Origin: an uncultured Methanospirillum sp. | GTDB taxonomy: Archaea; Halobacteriota; Methanomicrobia; Methanomicrobiales; Methanospirillaceae | Length of the DNA stretch: 64,000 nt | NCBI GenBank assembly: GCA_964637135.1 | Contig: CAZWTX010000007.1 | Location: 1 to 64,000 of the forward strand | Reading direction: 5' to 3' | In this document: piece by piece, positions 19,049-30,268 of the stretch | Layout of the letters: each line of letters begins with the position of its first letter | How positions within the stretch are numbered: position 1 is the stretch's first letter | The notes under the pieces: model-generated | Database searches by the model: none | Told to the model about the DNA's origin: nothing | Seen by the model: only the letters and a program-made list of their open reading frames with translations | Position numbers and translations under genes: made by a program

Positions 19049-21451
19049 ATGATTCATATGACATCCATCACGCCCCCGCCGGAAGAAAAGAGAGGACACA
19101 TCGTTTTGCCGCTCTATGACATTGTCTTATTTCCCCAAACGCTCACCAGGATCAGCATAGGCAGGGATATCGGGGACATTCTGGTGGAGATGATACAGAA
19201 TAATGACAAGAGTTCCCTCATCGGGCTCACGATTAAGGAGAATGCAAATCCTACGGAAATTACTCCTGATTCATTTTACCGGATCGGAAACCTGCTGGAG
19301 ATCTCCATCATACACCCGGCTGATGACGGGTATCTGATAGGAGTCAGTCCAACCGGCCGAGTCAGGGTTGAGACCCTGTATACCGATACCGGTCTCTGGT
19401 ATGCTACCGGTTCCCCGGTCCATGACGAGGAAGAACTCGATGAGAATACCCGCCAGGAGCTGATCAGCGAGGTAAAGGAGACGATCCATGCAGTAAGTGC
19501 TAATTTCCAGGGTTCTGAGGCCATTACCGGAGAGATCGACCGGATGGAATCCATCGATGAGATCATAGGATTTACCATGCCGTTCATCCCGGTATCCCTG
19601 GAAACAAAACAGGCTCTTCTGGAGAGTCTCTCTCCCCGTGAACGAGGGGTTACATTCCTTGAGATCCTGACAGAATTCAGGGATAATGTCAGCCTCCGGA
19701 TTGAAATGGCACGGAAGGTGTCAGAAAAAGTCTCAAAGTCAAACCGTGAAGCAATGCTCAGGGAGCAGCTCAGGGTTATCCAGGAAGAACTCAATGGGAT
19801 GACCAGTGCCGGTCAGGGGGAAGACGGATACCGGAACCGGATAGAAAAATCGGATATGCCCGAAGAGGTCAGAAAGAAGGCCCTCGCAGAAGTGAAGAAA
19901 CTTGAGAGTGGAGGAGGGCAGAATCATGAGAGCCCGGTAATCAGAAATTACCTCGACCTTCTCCTCGATCTTCCCTGGACGACCGGGGAAAAGCAGAAGA
20001 TCGACATTGCAGAAACCCGTCGGGTACTGGACAGTAATCACTATGGCCTTGGGAAGGTGAAAGAGCGAATCATCCAGCACCTGGCCGTCATGAAACTGAA
20101 AAATGAGAAGCAGGGTTCCATCCTGCTCTTCGCCGGACCGCCGGGAACCGGAAAGACCAGTCTTGGGAAGAGTATCGCGGATGCCCTGGGACGGAAGTAT
20201 GTCAGGGTAAGCCTGGGTGGTATCAGGGATGAAGCAGAGATCAGGGGACACCGGAGGACATATGTCGGGGCCCTTCCAGGGAGAATCATCCAGGGAATAA
20301 AACGGGCAGGCACAAAAAACCCTGTATTTGTCCTGGATGAAATTGATAAGCTTGCATACTCGAATGCCGGAGATCCGGCAAGTGCTCTCCTTGAAGTCCT
20401 TGATCCCGAACAGAACAACAGTTTCTCAGATCACTACCTGGAGGTGCCCTATGATCTTTCGGATGTGCTCTTCATCGCCACGGCAAACTCGCTTGCATCG
20501 ATCCCCGGAACGCTTCTTGACCGGATGGAACTGATTGAGATCTCCGGATATACAAAACGCGAGATGGCTGCAATCGGAAAAAACCACCTGCTGCCGCGAA
20601 CCATCGAAGATCATGGTCTTTCCGGGGATACCCTCATCCTGGAAGATGCTGCCCTTTTCAGGATTATCGATACGTATACCCGTGAGGCAGGGGTGAGAGG
20701 ACTGAAGAAACAGCTGGACCGGATAGCACGGTTTGTTTCTGAAAAGATTGTATCAGGCCAAAAAGATCTCCCCTACGTGATAACTGCCGACACTCTCGTG
20801 GATATCCTTGGAAAGGAGCCGTTCAGGCATGAGATCGCACGAACCACACGGGTTCCCGGGATTGCCACCGGACTTGCCTGGACTCCTGTCGGTGGCGAGA
20901 TCCTCTTTATCGAAGGAACGTTTATGCCAGGAACCGGGAAACTGCTCCTCACCGGCCAGCTCGGGGATGTCATGAAGGAATCTGCAAACATCTCCATGAG
21001 CCTGATCAGGTCACGGTTTGCCCATATTCCGACGGGGATTGACTTCCTTGCCAGCGATGTACACATCCATGTTCCGTCGGGTGCTACCCCGAAAGACGGC
21101 CCATCGGCAGGGATCACTCTCCTGACTGCCCTGGTATCCCTCATTACCGGGAAAACCGTTGATCCAAAGGTTGCGATGACCGGTGAGATCACGTTAAGCG
21201 GGTCAGTATTGCCGGTGGGCGGTATAAAGGAAAAGATTCTCGCTGCTCACCGGGCAGGGATTACCCGGGTCCTTCTGCCTGAAGAGAATGCACCGGATCT
21301 TGAAGACGTACCGGAAGATGTCAGGAATGAACTGACCATTGTGCTGGTCAGGACGATTGATGACGTTCTGCATAATGCCCTGGATATCGACCTGCCCAGA
21401 CCTGTTGCGTTTTGTACCGGGGATGGGCAGATACCGGCACAGATGATCTGA
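19049..21451 (+). CDS. lon: ATP-dependent protease La, bacterial-type LonA
   Basis: N-terminal Lon domain, GPPGTGKT, EIRGHRRTYVGALPG, LDEIDK, PKDGPSAG (Ser) and GGIKEK (Lys); no TM insertion of the LonB type. Confidence 0.97.
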   Translation: MIHMTSITPPPEEKRGHIVLPLYDIVLFPQTLTRISIGRDIGDILVEMIQNNDKSSLIGLTIKENANPTEITPDSFYRIGNLLEISIIHPADDGYLIGVSPTGRVRVETLYTDTGLWYATGSPVHDEEELDENTRQELISEVKETIHAVSANFQGSEAITGEIDRMESIDEIIGFTMPFIPVSLETKQALLESLSPRERGVTFLEILTEFRDNVSLRIEMARKVSEKVSKSNREAMLREQLRVIQEELNGMTSAGQGEDGYRNRIEKSDMPEEVRKKALAEVKKLESGGGQNHESPVIRNYLDLLLDLPWTTGEKQKIDIAETRRVLDSNHYGLGKVKERIIQHLAVMKLKNEKQGSILLFAGPPGTGKTSLGKSIADALGRKYVRVSLGGIRDEAEIRGHRRTYVGALPGRIIQGIKRAGTKNPVFVLDEIDKLAYSNAGDPASALLEVLDPEQNNSFSDHYLEVPYDLSDVLFIATANSLASIPGTLLDRMELIEISGYTKREMAAIGKNHLLPRTIEDHGLSGDTLILEDAALFRIIDTYTREAGVRGLKKQLDRIARFVSEKIVSGQKDLPYVITADTLVDILGKEPFRHEIARTTRVPGIATGLAWTPVGGEILFIEGTFMPGTGKLLLTGQLGDVMKESANISMSLIRSRFAHIPTGIDFLASDVHIHVPSGATPKDGPSAGITLLTALVSLITGKTVDPKVAMTGEITLSGSVLPVGGIKEKILAAHRAGITRVLLPEENAPDLEDVPEDVRNELTIVLVRTIDDVLHNALDIDLPRPVAFCTGDGQIPAQMI

Positions 21452-21646
21452 TTCTTCTTCTTTTTGATTTTTACAGATTGGTATCGGGTTATATGCCCTC
21501 TCCCGAAATCAGAACGGATACGAACCTCTCCTGTCCTGGGGACATCAGGGCCATATCCTGCTGGTGAATCCTGCAATGGATTCTGTATCTCCCTTTTCAG
21601 GATTTATGACCGAGGGATTATCCGGCGATCAGCCGAGTATATATTG

Positions 21647-22015
21647 ATGGCTGATACCGATGCCGGGTTGCATTCCCATCGATCAGAGTGGCGTGAATTA
21701 TCCCGCAGTCTGATTCAACGTGAAGTATTATACACCATCTCTGGTTTCCCGGACGGGGTCAGGGAAGCGAAGATAAAGACCCTTATGCACGATGTCTTCA
21801 AATACTCTTTCCAGGGAACGGTCGCTCCCCATCTGAAGGAATTAGAAGAAAACGGGTTTCTTTCGAAGGAATCTACAAAGAGCGGGGCGATAATATGGCA
21901 TGCTGATCACGCGAAAGTACTGAACCTGGTTGAACAGGAACGTGCCGCGATGAAACACCGCGAAGCTGAACTTCGTGAACTCCATGCATACCTGGTCGAG
22001 ATGTATGGTGACTGA
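21647..22015 (+). CDS. Small winged-helix protein
   Basis: From ATG 21647 (MADTDAG): QGTVAPHLKELEENGFL helix-wing pattern followed by a coiled-coil tail. Confidence 0.55.
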   Translation: MADTDAGLHSHRSEWRELSRSLIQREVLYTISGFPDGVREAKIKTLMHDVFKYSFQGTVAPHLKELEENGFLSKESTKSGAIIWHADHAKVLNLVEQERAAMKHREAELRELHAYLVEMYGD

Positions 22016-22320
22016 ACTATTCATTCCCGTTCATCGTTTCAGGGAGATCGGGTGCGATTCCATTCAGAGTAGAAGAGGTGTTTTCCAGATACCCGGGTTA
22101 TCCCCCGGGCATGAGGAAAAATCTGGGATCTGATATTGCCAACCCGGGGGAAGTGCCTGGTTCCTCCCGTGATCTCTTTTTCTTCACATCCTGACTCTGT
22201 CAGGTGTGACCTGTCACCAGTAGGAAAAACCGGATATATATCAGATGTATTCCCGGTGGGATCCGTCCGCCGGGAATTATAAAAAGCCGGGGGATTGACC
22301 CCAGCTCACAGGAGACTGGG

Positions 22321-23781
22321 TTATTCAGCAATCAGGGCTGACCGGTCAGCGTAGGCCTTCTGCCTGATGAACCCGGATCCTGAGGTTGTGGATCCGGTCG
22401 CGGTTACATTCTCGTCGCCACGGTATGCGGTGGAATCCCACTGTACCGGCGTCCCTCTCTTTGCATCTGCATAGAAGAGACTTTGCAGGGATGCCGTCGG
22501 CTGTGCCGAAGAGGCCTGGTATCTGAGGTATCCTTTCAGCGAGACCGGTAATCCGTTCTCTTCTCCAGCCAGAAGGGATTGCGTCGCCTTGGAACTTCCT
22601 CCCTCAATGTCCGTGATACGATCAATCTTCGGTGCAGAGAGATCGTATCTTCCCTCTACGGAAAGGGAATGGTCGTCTGCCGAGAGTATTTCGTCTCCGA
22701 TAAGGTGGATCGTATCAGCGGTATCTGCTCCTGATGTGAGATGTATGAATTCATCGACGCCAGGGGTTTGGTCTTCAAAGGGAGCATACATCTCCCTTAA
22801 AATTCTTGAATCTGAAGAAAGGTTATATTCTGCTTGTGCAGAGACCCGATCTCCGGCAGCAATTGCTCTTCCGTAATATTCTGGCCCGTCAATGGTATCT
22901 CCCCCGACTCCATGAACGGCGGAAGATCGGGAATTTGCGGAGCCCAGAAACATACTCATCTCTCCGGAGATGAAATCGTCAACATACTGGGTACTGCTGA
23001 CATGATCCGGTTCAGTATCAGCCTGACCATACCGGTTTGTGAGTGATGCCGTCTCCATCATTGTGTAACTTGCCGACTGCAGGTACGAATCGCCGGAGAT
23101 AGTATCCAGGATCGTGATGTTTTCTCCGGAGCGATCCTGTTCGGTTAGGTATTCAATGAGATCGCGGGTATTGATGCGGCTGACCGCTTCTCCCGACCCG
23201 GTCCGGTACCCCGCGTCTACAATATACGCCCCGTCTCCGGTGAAGGAGTCTGTGATCTGCTGACTATACGGGCCATTCAGAAACTGATACGGACCGGAAC
23301 CCGGTATGAGGGATTCGGAGATGAAATTCCCGGATATATTGTCGAATCCATAAAAGTATGACTCGGCGACATCCCCATCCGTGGTAATCCCCCGGGTCAA
23401 AAGCATGAGATAGGTAGCATCGGTTACCACCAGTTCGATGGCGGTATAATAATACGGCGTATCATTTCCTGAATAGAGTGAATACCTCCAGGAGGTTTCA
23501 TCCGTCCCTTCGATATCCAGGTATGATTCAGAATAATCACCGGTGGTGCTGTTCACCCGGATCTGCTCGAAAACACTCCCGGTTCCACTGATTGTCGTGA
23601 CATTTCCGCCCGATGAAAGGTCAAAGGATGACAGGGAATCCTGTTTCGTGAAATCCGGGCCAGGAAGGGCAAATGTTGCCGGGTCAAAAAGGGAAAGGTT
23701 TTCAGGTTCATCTGCAGGACAGGAGAATATACACATGCACAAGAGGAGCATGATGATCAGAAGTACCGTCCGGAATGCCAT
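22321..23781 (-). CDS. Hypothetical secreted acidic protein
   Basis: 486-aa ORF with a signal peptide, rich in Ser/Thr/Asp/Tyr, with N-glycosylation sequons. Confidence 0.7.
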   Translation of the reverse strand: MAFRTVLLIIMLLLCMCIFSCPADEPENLSLFDPATFALPGPDFTKQDSLSSFDLSSGGNVTTISGTGSVFEQIRVNSTTGDYSESYLDIEGTDETSWRYSLYSGNDTPYYYTAIELVVTDATYLMLLTRGITTDGDVAESYFYGFDNISGNFISESLIPGSGPYQFLNGPYSQQITDSFTGDGAYIVDAGYRTGSGEAVSRINTRDLIEYLTEQDRSGENITILDTISGDSYLQSASYTMMETASLTNRYGQADTEPDHVSSTQYVDDFISGEMSMFLGSANSRSSAVHGVGGDTIDGPEYYGRAIAAGDRVSAQAEYNLSSDSRILREMYAPFEDQTPGVDEFIHLTSGADTADTIHLIGDEILSADDHSLSVEGRYDLSAPKIDRITDIEGGSSKATQSLLAGEENGLPVSLKGYLRYQASSAQPTASLQSLFYADAKRGTPVQWDSTAYRGDENVTATGSTTSGSGFIRQKAYADRSALIAE

Positions 23782-23975
23782 ATGGAGAAATATTCACAAA
23801 AAATATATAAATATTTGTGAATAAATTAATCTCATTTCTCCACTGTTTCAGATGCCTCCATGAGGCACCCCTGCAGGAAAACCTCTTCAGGAACGAATTC
23901 CCTATCTCTGAAAAAAGGTGAATCATCAGTGAGAATGAAGCAGGCGGCTGATGGAGGGAATCGGCATGTCCCGGA

Positions 23976-26654
23976 TCAGGGGGTGAACCCCGGTGTTTCA
24001 TCTCCTTCAGAAAGACGGTACATCCCCTGTGGCACGATTAACTCAAACCGTGCCCCTTTTCCCGGCTCTCCGGTCTCTCGAATCGTAATTCCGGTCAGGG
24101 ATAGAATCTCCCGTGCCAGGAACATTCCAAGCCCGGTATGCGTCCCATATCCCCGCTCAAAGATCTTCTCCTTCTCATCAAACGGAATACCAACCCCGTC
24201 GTCCTCCCAGACCAGAACCAGATCATCTCCGGCCAACCGGGATGAGACCGTGATTTGCGTCACCCCTCCGCCGTGCCGTTCAGAATTGTCAAGGAGGTTT
24301 AAGAATACCTTTCTGAATATCGGATCGGCGAAGATTGCTATTTTTTGGATCTTCTCCGGGCACCTGACCTGAATCCGGGATGATGAACCGGGGATCGCGG
24401 TATCCAGAAATATCCACTGAGGCTCCTGCATGCCGAGATCTTCGTATATCCGGGTAAACTCGATCTGGGAATGAATGGTCTTGATGGTTGACTGAATCCG
24501 TTCAAGGTGTTCTGATAATGCCGGGTCAGTGCATTTTTCGAGGGCATCATCGATAAACAGATGGCTGGCTGCAATATTATTCAGAATATCATGCCGGGTA
24601 ATTGTCGTCAACAGATTCAGCTGGCGGTTTGCCTTCCGGAGGGCCTCTTCGGCCCGTTTCCGCTCGGCGATATTGAAACTGATGCCCTGTACCCCCACAA
24701 TCTGCCCTTCATCGTCTCGTATCGGAGAGAAACTTCCGGATTGCCATATCCAGGTACCGTCACGGTGCCGGATACGGTGCTCGATACCTCCGGTCTTTTC
24801 CCCGGTAGTGAGTGTCTGATAGAAATATCCCCGAATCCGGGGATAATCATCAGGATGAACAAAAATACCTCCTTGCTTTCCAATAACTTCGCCGATATCA
24901 TAGCCGAATAGCTCGTGAACATTGGGGGAGATATACGTGTACTCCCCGCCCTTGTTCATGGTATAGAGAATTTCGGTTGCATTCTCGAGAAAAGATCGGA
25001 ACTTCTCCTCACTCCTCCGGAGGGCCAGGGTAATCCCAGTTGTCGTCGTTATCATCCGCAGGGAGAACTGTGCACCGGTAATTACACTGTCATGCAGGAT
25101 GGGAACGGCATATACATCTACGAAACGGTCTTCATTCTCCTTTGTTTTTATCTTCAGATCAAATCGTTCTGCCGTATCTCCCTTCTGTAACGTGGTTATG
25201 ATCGCCATGAACTCAGCAGCAACCGGTGAGAAGAGTGTCTTTGTCAGGAACGTAGCATCTTTTCCAAGGAGTTCTTCAGGGGTGTATCCGGTTACCGTTC
25301 GGGAAGCCGGAGAGATATATGCAGTGAGGAAGGTATTGTCAAGGATCACGATCATGTCTGATGACCGTTCGGCCATCCCGCGGAACCGCTTCTCGCTCTC
25401 CGAGAGTTCTTCCATAGCACGCTTCTCTTCGGTGATATCACGTACCACTCCACGAAATCCCTTCCTGATCCCGTGTTCATCGAAGAGCAGTTGGGATCTG
25501 ATATTCAGAATACGGAGCGTTCTGTCCCGGTATTGTACGGGTATCTCGAATGAGAGCAGACCGGGATCCCGTACTACTCCCTTCGCCAGGATCTCCTGCA
25601 TATATATCACTGAATCGGCAGGAAGAAATGAAAGTACGGATTTTCCGATAAGTTCTGAGGCCGGATAGCCAAGAATGTCAATACTTTGCGGACTGACATA
25701 GGTTAATACCCCATCCATCGTGGCATCCCATATCGCATCAGGACTTGTCTCGACAATATTGCGGAATTTAGCTTCACTCTCCTGTAGGGCATCCTTCAGC
25801 ATGACCAGTTCAGCAAACTGGGCACGGAGTTCCTCCTCTGTCGCTGTTATCTGCTCGTATGACTTCAACAGTTCTTCCTGGGCTTTCTTCTGTTCAGTAA
25901 TATCGGTATGAGTTCCGACAAACCGTACCGGTTTCCCGTTCGCGTCATATTCTGCTGCCTTGCCCCTGGAGAGTACCCATTTCCAGTCCCCGGTTTTTGT
26001 CCGGATCCGCTGTTCCATCTGGATAAACGGTGTTTTCCCCTGAAAATAGGCATCCAGCACAGCCTCTGTCCCGGGGATATCGCCGGGATGGATAAGATTA
26101 CGCCATCTCGTCCCGCCGAATTGCTTCATCTCATCGGTCGTGTAGCCGAGCATCTCACATCCCCGGGGACTCATGTATGATTCGCCGGTCGTGAGGTTTA
26201 TCTCCCAGAATCCTTCATTTGCTCCTTCAAGGGCAAGCCGCATCCTCTCTTCACTTTTTTCGAGGGCATGGACAGCCTGGAACCGTTCTACTGATTTTTT
26301 TAATTTATGGGAGAGTTCGGCAAACAGGGCACGGCTGTCTCCGCCTTTCTGGATATAAAAATCGACCCCGCTGTTGATGGCGTTGATGACTACCTCTTCC
26401 CTCCCCTTCCCGGTGAAGAGGATAAACGGAATGTCTCCTATTATAGCCCGTACCTGCTGAAGAAATGCGATCCCATCCATCTGGGGCATCTGGTAATCGG
26501 AGAGGACGACATCGTACATCCCCGAAGATACCCGTTCCAGTCCTTCTATCGGGGAGAGACAGGTATCTACGGTAAACTCACCGGTACGTTCGAGAAATAC
26601 CTTGCTTAGATCAAGGAGGTCTCGTTCATCGTCTACATACAGGACAGATATCAT
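23976..26654 (-). CDS. Hybrid REC-PAS(x4)-histidine kinase
   Basis: VLYVDDE...SDYQMPQMDG receiver; four PAS repeats; ITRHDILN H-box; NLLDNS, DDGVG and GLGMF ATPase boxes. Confidence 0.95.
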   Translation of the reverse strand: MISVLYVDDERDLLDLSKVFLERTGEFTVDTCLSPIEGLERVSSGMYDVVLSDYQMPQMDGIAFLQQVRAIIGDIPFILFTGKGREEVVINAINSGVDFYIQKGGDSRALFAELSHKLKKSVERFQAVHALEKSEERMRLALEGANEGFWEINLTTGESYMSPRGCEMLGYTTDEMKQFGGTRWRNLIHPGDIPGTEAVLDAYFQGKTPFIQMEQRIRTKTGDWKWVLSRGKAAEYDANGKPVRFVGTHTDITEQKKAQEELLKSYEQITATEEELRAQFAELVMLKDALQESEAKFRNIVETSPDAIWDATMDGVLTYVSPQSIDILGYPASELIGKSVLSFLPADSVIYMQEILAKGVVRDPGLLSFEIPVQYRDRTLRILNIRSQLLFDEHGIRKGFRGVVRDITEEKRAMEELSESEKRFRGMAERSSDMIVILDNTFLTAYISPASRTVTGYTPEELLGKDATFLTKTLFSPVAAEFMAIITTLQKGDTAERFDLKIKTKENEDRFVDVYAVPILHDSVITGAQFSLRMITTTTGITLALRRSEEKFRSFLENATEILYTMNKGGEYTYISPNVHELFGYDIGEVIGKQGGIFVHPDDYPRIRGYFYQTLTTGEKTGGIEHRIRHRDGTWIWQSGSFSPIRDDEGQIVGVQGISFNIAERKRAEEALRKANRQLNLLTTITRHDILNNIAASHLFIDDALEKCTDPALSEHLERIQSTIKTIHSQIEFTRIYEDLGMQEPQWIFLDTAIPGSSSRIQVRCPEKIQKIAIFADPIFRKVFLNLLDNSERHGGGVTQITVSSRLAGDDLVLVWEDDGVGIPFDEKEKIFERGYGTHTGLGMFLAREILSLTGITIRETGEPGKGARFELIVPQGMYRLSEGDETPGFTP

Positions 26655-27175
26655 GGATTCCGGTTCCGAATTGGTATGGTGAATCAGGAATGGTCTGTTT
26701 AGGGTGAATCTACGAGGTGTTTCTTTTCATAATGTCGTTTTCGATGATGCCACGGACAGGAAATCTGACCGGCTTATGAATAATAGATGAAATAAAAGAT
26801 GATGAATATGCAATCCCCCCATAATCTATGCTCTGGGCAGCCAGTTCCCGAAAGATGATTCAAGGATCCTGATACGTGCCAGCAGATGATGAATTCTCTC
26901 TTACCAGCATGAAATACCTTTCGGGATTGATATGAAAACTTCTGACGTGATGTATTCCTCAAATCCTGTAGAGGGCACAAAAGAGAACCATTTGTATAGA
27001 AATATAAAAATCGGAATAATCTGTCCGATAAGTATCGGTCATGATCATTCCGGTACAGCCCCCTCTCTCCCGTGCGGAGGGATTGCCCGGACCAGTCCGG
27101 ACCTTTTTGGGGGGGGACGCCGGGCCTCCGGACCGGCTCACTGATGCATGGGAGAGACCGGCGGTGAGAACATCA

Positions 27176-28756
27176 TCAGGAAGATATCCGGTTAAATGTC
27201 CCGTTCCTGCCAGGGGTATCCAGCCCGTGGAACCAGGCCTGGTCTGCAGTCCCGTTGATGGTGATCGTGAATACCACGGCGGTTTCAGATCCCGTGTCGC
27301 GGAAGGTATCTCCGTCATAAGGAGCCAGGAAACCAGGTTTTGTGGATTGCCCGCGATAGGTCAGAAGTCCGGTTTTATTCGGGACGATCCGGATCGTGCC
27401 GTAATAGTCCTGTGCATAGGATCCCTTATAGGCAGATAGGATCCGGGGCGGTTTCGCATCTGCCGGAGCAGGCGGCATTATGCCGAAGGGATTGAGAATC
27501 TGACCGCCCGGTGCAAGGGACGTGGTGATCACCTGATCTGTCTCGGCATACCAGTCTCTGCTGACTGCCCCCGCATAATACAGGTCGGCCCACCCCTTTG
27601 TAACGGCGGTATGGAGTACATGTCCAGCAGGGAAACTGTTTGTCAGAACGATGAGGCTCATCTTGTCTTCGGGATAGAGCGTGATAGATGTTGATACCCC
27701 GCTGTCCAGATCGCCACCATGGCTGACCCTGTATGAGCCGTTTTCGAGCACCACATCCCATCCAAGACCATAGGAGAGGAGTTTGGTGCCGGTAAAGGTC
27801 CTGATATTCTGGGGAGTATGTGTCTCGCGAAGAGCGGTGGCATTGATGATCTGTTCTCCGTCGATAGACCCGTCATTCAGCTGAAGGCGGGCATACCGGA
27901 TCATGTCGTTCAGTGTTGAACTCACTCCGCCAGCCGGGCTGTTCACATCATTGTTCTGGAGCGGTCCGGGAACGGAAGTTTTGTTCACGGTCGGGTATGT
28001 GTCTGCATGGCTGGCTGAATTGACAAAGACATCAAATCTGGCACTCGTGTTGTACATCCGGGCAGGAATGAATATTCTCTCGGAAATGAGGTCTTCCCAG
28101 GATTTTCCGGCTTTATTTGCCGCTGCCTCTGCCGCCGAGGTGATTCCGATATTCGAGTAGGCATATGAGGAGCGGAATGCACCGGTCAGGTTAAGATACT
28201 GCAGCCGGTGAATGATTTCAGACCGGTTGTACATGAAATCGTTCTGAAGTTCATCACTGCCGTACTCGGGAAGTCCGGTCCGGTGGGACAGGAGATCACG
28301 GATGGTGACGTGGCTGGTCACCCAGGGATCAGAGAGGGCAAAATCAGGATACAGCGAGATTACCGGGTCATCCCACGACAACTCGCCTCTCCCTACCATG
28401 GATGCAATAGTAGCGGTGGTGAACGATTTCGATATTGATGCGAGCTGGAACCAGGTATCAGGGGTTATCGGCTCACCGGTAGTGAGGTTTTGTACCCCGA
28501 AACACCGGAGATAGATCACGGTATCGTTCTGCATGATGGCAACCGCCATTCCCGGGACACTGCTCCGGTTGAAATTCTCTTCCACGTAAGGATCAAACAG
28601 GGGGATGATGGCACTGGTATTGTGTCCGCCGGCAATCCCGGGAGATATCGTCGTCAGGTTTTGAGTCGGGGTTTCTGCAAGAGGGGGACTGCCGGCAATA
28701 AGGGCCAGGCAGATGAGTCCGGTAATGAGAACCGGTATCAGGCTGCTGCTTGTCAT
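27176..28756 (-). CDS. Secreted serine hydrolase (class C beta-lactamase-like)
   Basis: FQLASISKSFT (SxxK), LLSHRTGL, YAYSN, HGG. Confidence 0.92.
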   Translation of the reverse strand: MTSSSLIPVLITGLICLALIAGSPPLAETPTQNLTTISPGIAGGHNTSAIIPLFDPYVEENFNRSSVPGMAVAIMQNDTVIYLRCFGVQNLTTGEPITPDTWFQLASISKSFTTATIASMVGRGELSWDDPVISLYPDFALSDPWVTSHVTIRDLLSHRTGLPEYGSDELQNDFMYNRSEIIHRLQYLNLTGAFRSSYAYSNIGITSAAEAAANKAGKSWEDLISERIFIPARMYNTSARFDVFVNSASHADTYPTVNKTSVPGPLQNNDVNSPAGGVSSTLNDMIRYARLQLNDGSIDGEQIINATALRETHTPQNIRTFTGTKLLSYGLGWDVVLENGSYRVSHGGDLDSGVSTSITLYPEDKMSLIVLTNSFPAGHVLHTAVTKGWADLYYAGAVSRDWYAETDQVITTSLAPGGQILNPFGIMPPAPADAKPPRILSAYKGSYAQDYYGTIRIVPNKTGLLTYRGQSTKPGFLAPYDGDTFRDTGSETAVVFTITINGTADQAWFHGLDTPGRNGTFNRISS

Positions 28757-28909
28757 AGTTCCATACTCCCTTCGGTAAAGAGCATAGGGGTTGTGTCAAA
28801 CGTTAGTTCTTCTGGTTTATTCCAGATCTATCCGCATCACCGGCTTTCTCTACAATATTCTCCCTGGTTTGGCATCATCAGAATCGATAAACTTCTTATC
28901 TATCAGGCA

Positions 28910-29410
28910 TCACCAGTCTCTGTCAGTATGCACCTCTGCTGAAACCGAACTAATTATTCTTCCGGTCTGCAGAAAATAATTCAGGCTCTCTTCCAGCCGA
29001 TCCATGGCCCGGGGGAAGATTTCGTTCATGAACTCCCGGGTATACCGGTTTCCTACTTCCGATAAACCCGTCATGGTGAAGGTAATTTTCAGATCAGTTT
29101 TGTTCTCTGCAGCTTCTTCAAGATCAAATGTCCACTCGAGGAGGTACAGATCAGTGCAGGCTTTAATGACATGGATATGCGCATCCGGCTGATAATCTGT
29201 CATGATCCAGACCGCAAATCCTTCAGATTCTGTTTGTGTTGTGAAAATGCATCCGGGTTCTGCATATCCTGACATTGAATGAACCAGGTCACAACTCCAT
29301 CCCTCAACCCATTCATACTCCCGCACCGGACAGAGAAGCGGGAATACCCGAGAGGGAGGAGCAATAAGATGAAATATCCCGGTTTTAGAGATATGAACAC
29401 TTGAAACCAT
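28910..29410 (-). CDS. SRPBCC-like hypothetical protein
   Basis: APPSRVFPLLCPVREYEWVEGW...SGYAEPGCIFTT, ending in a long C-terminal helix. Confidence 0.65.
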   Translation of the reverse strand: MVSSVHISKTGIFHLIAPPSRVFPLLCPVREYEWVEGWSCDLVHSMSGYAEPGCIFTTQTESEGFAVWIMTDYQPDAHIHVIKACTDLYLLEWTFDLEEAAENKTDLKITFTMTGLSEVGNRYTREFMNEIFPRAMDRLEESLNYFLQTGRIISSVSAEVHTDRDW

Positions 29411-29414
29411 TTTT

Positions 29415-29774
29415 TCACTCCGAGAGGTTCAATTCCCCGAATACTTTGTTTGCCGCGAACAATTCCTGAAGAATCGCCTGAAATCCGGCATATATGCTCA
29501 TGGTTTTAATGAACATAAGAATGTCCTTTTTTATATGTCCCATATTCAGTCCGGCAGGGATATGCCCCATGGGAACCACCGATCCGATGACGGCTTTCTT
29601 ATGGTTTTTATCATCGATATCAGGAATCGAATAGAAATTACCGGATGAGATTACCGAAAAATCGGCCATGAACGGTGAGAACCGGGATATCAGGCCATAC
29701 TTCAACCCGTCTGCTTCGCCATCTCTTTTTTTCAGCGTAAACCGTGCTGATTCCATACATTCTCTGTTGTGCAT
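29415..29774 (-). pseudogene. Degenerate carboxymuconolactone decarboxylase-family gene
   Basis: Remnants DGEA, GNFYS.P..D.K, AGLNMG, MSIYAGF and LFAANKVF align by eye to CMD proteins, but the PQLxxH segment is missing. Confidence 0.55.
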
Positions 29775-29818
29775 AAAGAATAGAGGAGAACAGAGGGTAA
29801 ATAGTTTGTCAGGCCGGA

Positions 29819-30268
29819 CTAACTATCTAGATATTCATCGTTACTAAAAACGTTGATTATTATCCGGAAAGCATTTTCAAGAATCTTTTGCTCTTCCTTG
29901 GTCGTATGGATCGCAATAATATCGATGAATTTTTTGTATGCCATCTCCTTATGCCTGAACACCTGATGTCCTTTTTCAGTAAGGGTCAGGAAATAAATCC
30001 TCTTGTCATCCTTGGATTTTGTCCGTGAAACAAACCCTTCGTTTATCAGTTTGGTCACGATTGCCGTTGCCGAGGACTTGGTGATATGCAATGCCTTAGC
30101 CAGTTCGGTAAGTGTTGTGGTATGTTGCCGGCGAATCTCCTGGAGATAGAAGAACTGATGAATTGATATATCGGGAAGCCCGGTCGATTTCATCTCTGCC
30201 TCGTCCGCACCTCTTAGGACTTCATGGTATTGCTCGATAAACCGGAGAAATAGTTCCCCAAGATCCAT
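29819..30268 (-). CDS. MarR family regulator
   Basis: TLTELAKALHITKSSATAIVTKL, DKRIYFLTLTEKG. Confidence 0.92.
   Translation of the reverse strand: MDLGELFLRFIEQYHEVLRGADEAEMKSTGLPDISIHQFFYLQEIRRQHTTTLTELAKALHITKSSATAIVTKLINEGFVSRTKSKDDKRIYFLTLTEKGHQVFRHKEMAYKKFIDIIAIHTTKEEQKILENAFRIIINVFSNDEYLDS

Noticed and set aside
21464..21646. N-terminal extension of the 183-aa ORF
   Set aside because: It begins at a TTG within the T-rich tract after lon and reads as non-coding; ATG 21647 is more plausible.
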